Assembly (NCBI RefSeq): GCF_009834535.1
Contig: NC_045697.1
Coordinates: 44,828,001 to 44,892,000, forward strand
Length of the DNA: 64,000 bases
Direction: 5' to 3'
Source of the DNA: Camelus ferus
Taxonomy: Eukaryota
The translations under genes and the position numbers were made by a program. This document shows positions 62,352-64,000 of the stretch, one piece after another. The notes below the pieces were generated by a model. The model was not told the DNA's origin, ran no database searches, and saw only the letters and a list, made by a program, of their open reading frames with translations. Numbering within the stretch: position 1 is the stretch's first letter; each line of letters begins with the position of its first letter.

Positions 62352-62396
<45 letters not shown>
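62352..62396. repeat. (AC)22 microsatellite
   Basis: Perfect AC run. Confidence 0.98.
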
Positions 62397-62399
<3 letters not shown>

Positions 62400-63566
62400 G
62401 AACAATGAATACTTGAAACAAAACTTAATAACGTTATCATCAGAGATTCAATTTCTGAATTCTTTAAATTTTTATAATCCAATACTTAAGCAGTTCTTGC
62501 CTCTTGCCCCCGACATTGTTCCAATTTAATCGAGTAAGTGTCATATGTTTGCTGTTTTAAAAACATAAATCCTAGATATAGACAATACGTGGCAGAAATT
62601 GGCTCAGTAGAGGCAGAGTGTCTCTATTTCTGTTCTTTTTCCAAACCTAATTTAGTGGGAATGAAACAACATTGTAATAACTCTAAGAAGTAAACTCGTC
62701 TTTAAAAAGGGGTGTAGAACCAATGGAGCCTCTTTTCAGTGCTCAATCACTTTGCCAAACGCACCCGCCAGTGAGGATGGAGTGAGAAGCTGCCCTTCCA
62801 GAAGTCTCTTTTTGTAGGCTGGACTGGAGGAGCCATCAGTTGTGGCCCTCCATCCAGTTCTCTGACCAAGGCCTTAGCAGCCTCAGTCGTTCATCCCAAG
62901 TCACTCTTCCTTCTGGGTTGCTTTAGCCTTTTGGCCCACTTGGAATATTTCTATCAATGGTTGTTAATGTTAATTTAAGGAAGACATGTTTAAGCACATC
63001 AGTCTTCTAAGTGAACCTTTATATATATATATTTAATATATATCAGTCAGTATGTAATTTATGTCTGTCTCAAAGTTGGATATAATGGCATTTTGTAAGT
63101 TACACTTTTGTGAATCCGCTGTGAAAGCCTCTCTAGCCCTGTAGATAATCAGGAGCAGACCATGTTATTCAGCCAAGTGTTCTGTCCTCGGAGGATGGAG
63201 GAAAGAAGTAGGCAGTGAGCTCACTGATTCTAAACAATGCCTGATAAAATCAGGCCCGTTTTCTTCAAAGTAGCAGGGTCTCATGGCCTAAAAGAAAAAA
63301 ATTAGGGGGTTCCTCATTTCATAATGAAGAACGCAAGACCTCAAGGCCAGCAATCCGTCTTAAGCTCACAAGGACGTCTATTAAGAAGAGAGAAGAATTA
63401 AACGCCTAGACGCCTGAGCGAGTGGTCCGCTTGTTTATCTGTCCAATGACTCCATCATAAAAGACCGGCAAAAATATAAGCTCTGATAAGGGTCATGTTC
63501 AACTCAAGCACATCAGCCACAGTCAGTATCTGCCCTTGGCAAAACTGTGTCAAAGTAAATTGTATC

Positions 63567-63921
63567 ATAGTGGACAGAGCAATGCTCCACGCAGATCTCT
63601 GAGCACACTGCCCTCAGCTGTCAGCCCTCTCAGGAAATTGCCTTTGGCTGAAAGAGACATTGTGCCCAGCGTCTGCCCTCTTCCCAGGGCATCCCTTTCC
63701 CTCACCCCAGCTTAGGACAAGTCTAACCCAGCTTCATAGCTCCCCATTTGGTTGGCTGAGACCTTTGTTGAATTTGCACCACAGCCCAACATCTCCCCCT
63801 TCTCAGTCCTGCACCTTTCCCTTCCCTTCTCCAAGTGGAGATCCAAGAGCACTCCCTAATAAGCCTCGTGCTTGCTGATCTCCATCTCACAGTCTGCTTT
63901 GCCGGGAGCCTAACCTGCGAC
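63567..63921 (+). mobile_element. ERVL solo LTR (LTR16-like)
   Basis: cagctgtcagccctctcaggaaattgcctttggctgaaagag...gagcactccctaataagcctcgtgc...ctccatctcacagtctgctttgccgggagcctaacctgcgac. Confidence 0.82.
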
Positions 63922-64000
63922 CTGTGTGACCTATTTCTATCACCATTGAGTGTCTGGTGTCTTTGTGATGGAAGTCTTCATTTCTCTCCTATCGAAATCT

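Noticed and set aside
1..64000. CRISPR array, operon or other prokaryotic-type system
   Set aside because: The sequence is mammalian repeat-rich DNA with no repeat-spacer array and no dense coding region.

Overview
Mammalian, non-coding, repeat-rich DNA. It is most likely from a camelid (Camelus/Vicugna), inferred from four copies of a tRNA-Ala-derived Vic-1-like SINE and artiodactyl-type L1 3' ends. No protein-coding gene or recognisable coding exon is supported. The ORF track is explained by chance ORFs, microsatellites and L1 ORF2 C-terminal remnants. The + strand looks T/G-rich by eye and many retroelements lie on the - strand, which fits, but does not prove, an intron of a large gene transcribed on +. 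Content: 5'-truncated lineage L1s with target-site duplications (TSDs), ancient L1/L2/MIR fragments, MaLR and ERVL solo LTRs, hAT and TcMar DNA-transposon fossils, and CA/TG microsatellites. The clearest unusual items are footprints of L1 machinery: a full-length U6 snRNA fused to an L1 3' end (54132-54690), a 39-nt tailless 5S rRNA retropseudogene with a 15-bp TSD (3158-3196), a 19-bp twin-priming 5' inversion (15459-15477), and an L1 with an apparent ~35-bp TSD. Several repeat-free stretches are candidate enhancers or CTCF sites. I found no convincing previously undescribed biological system. Repeat subfamily names come from recalled consensus sequences, not a search, and boundaries of old elements are approximate.
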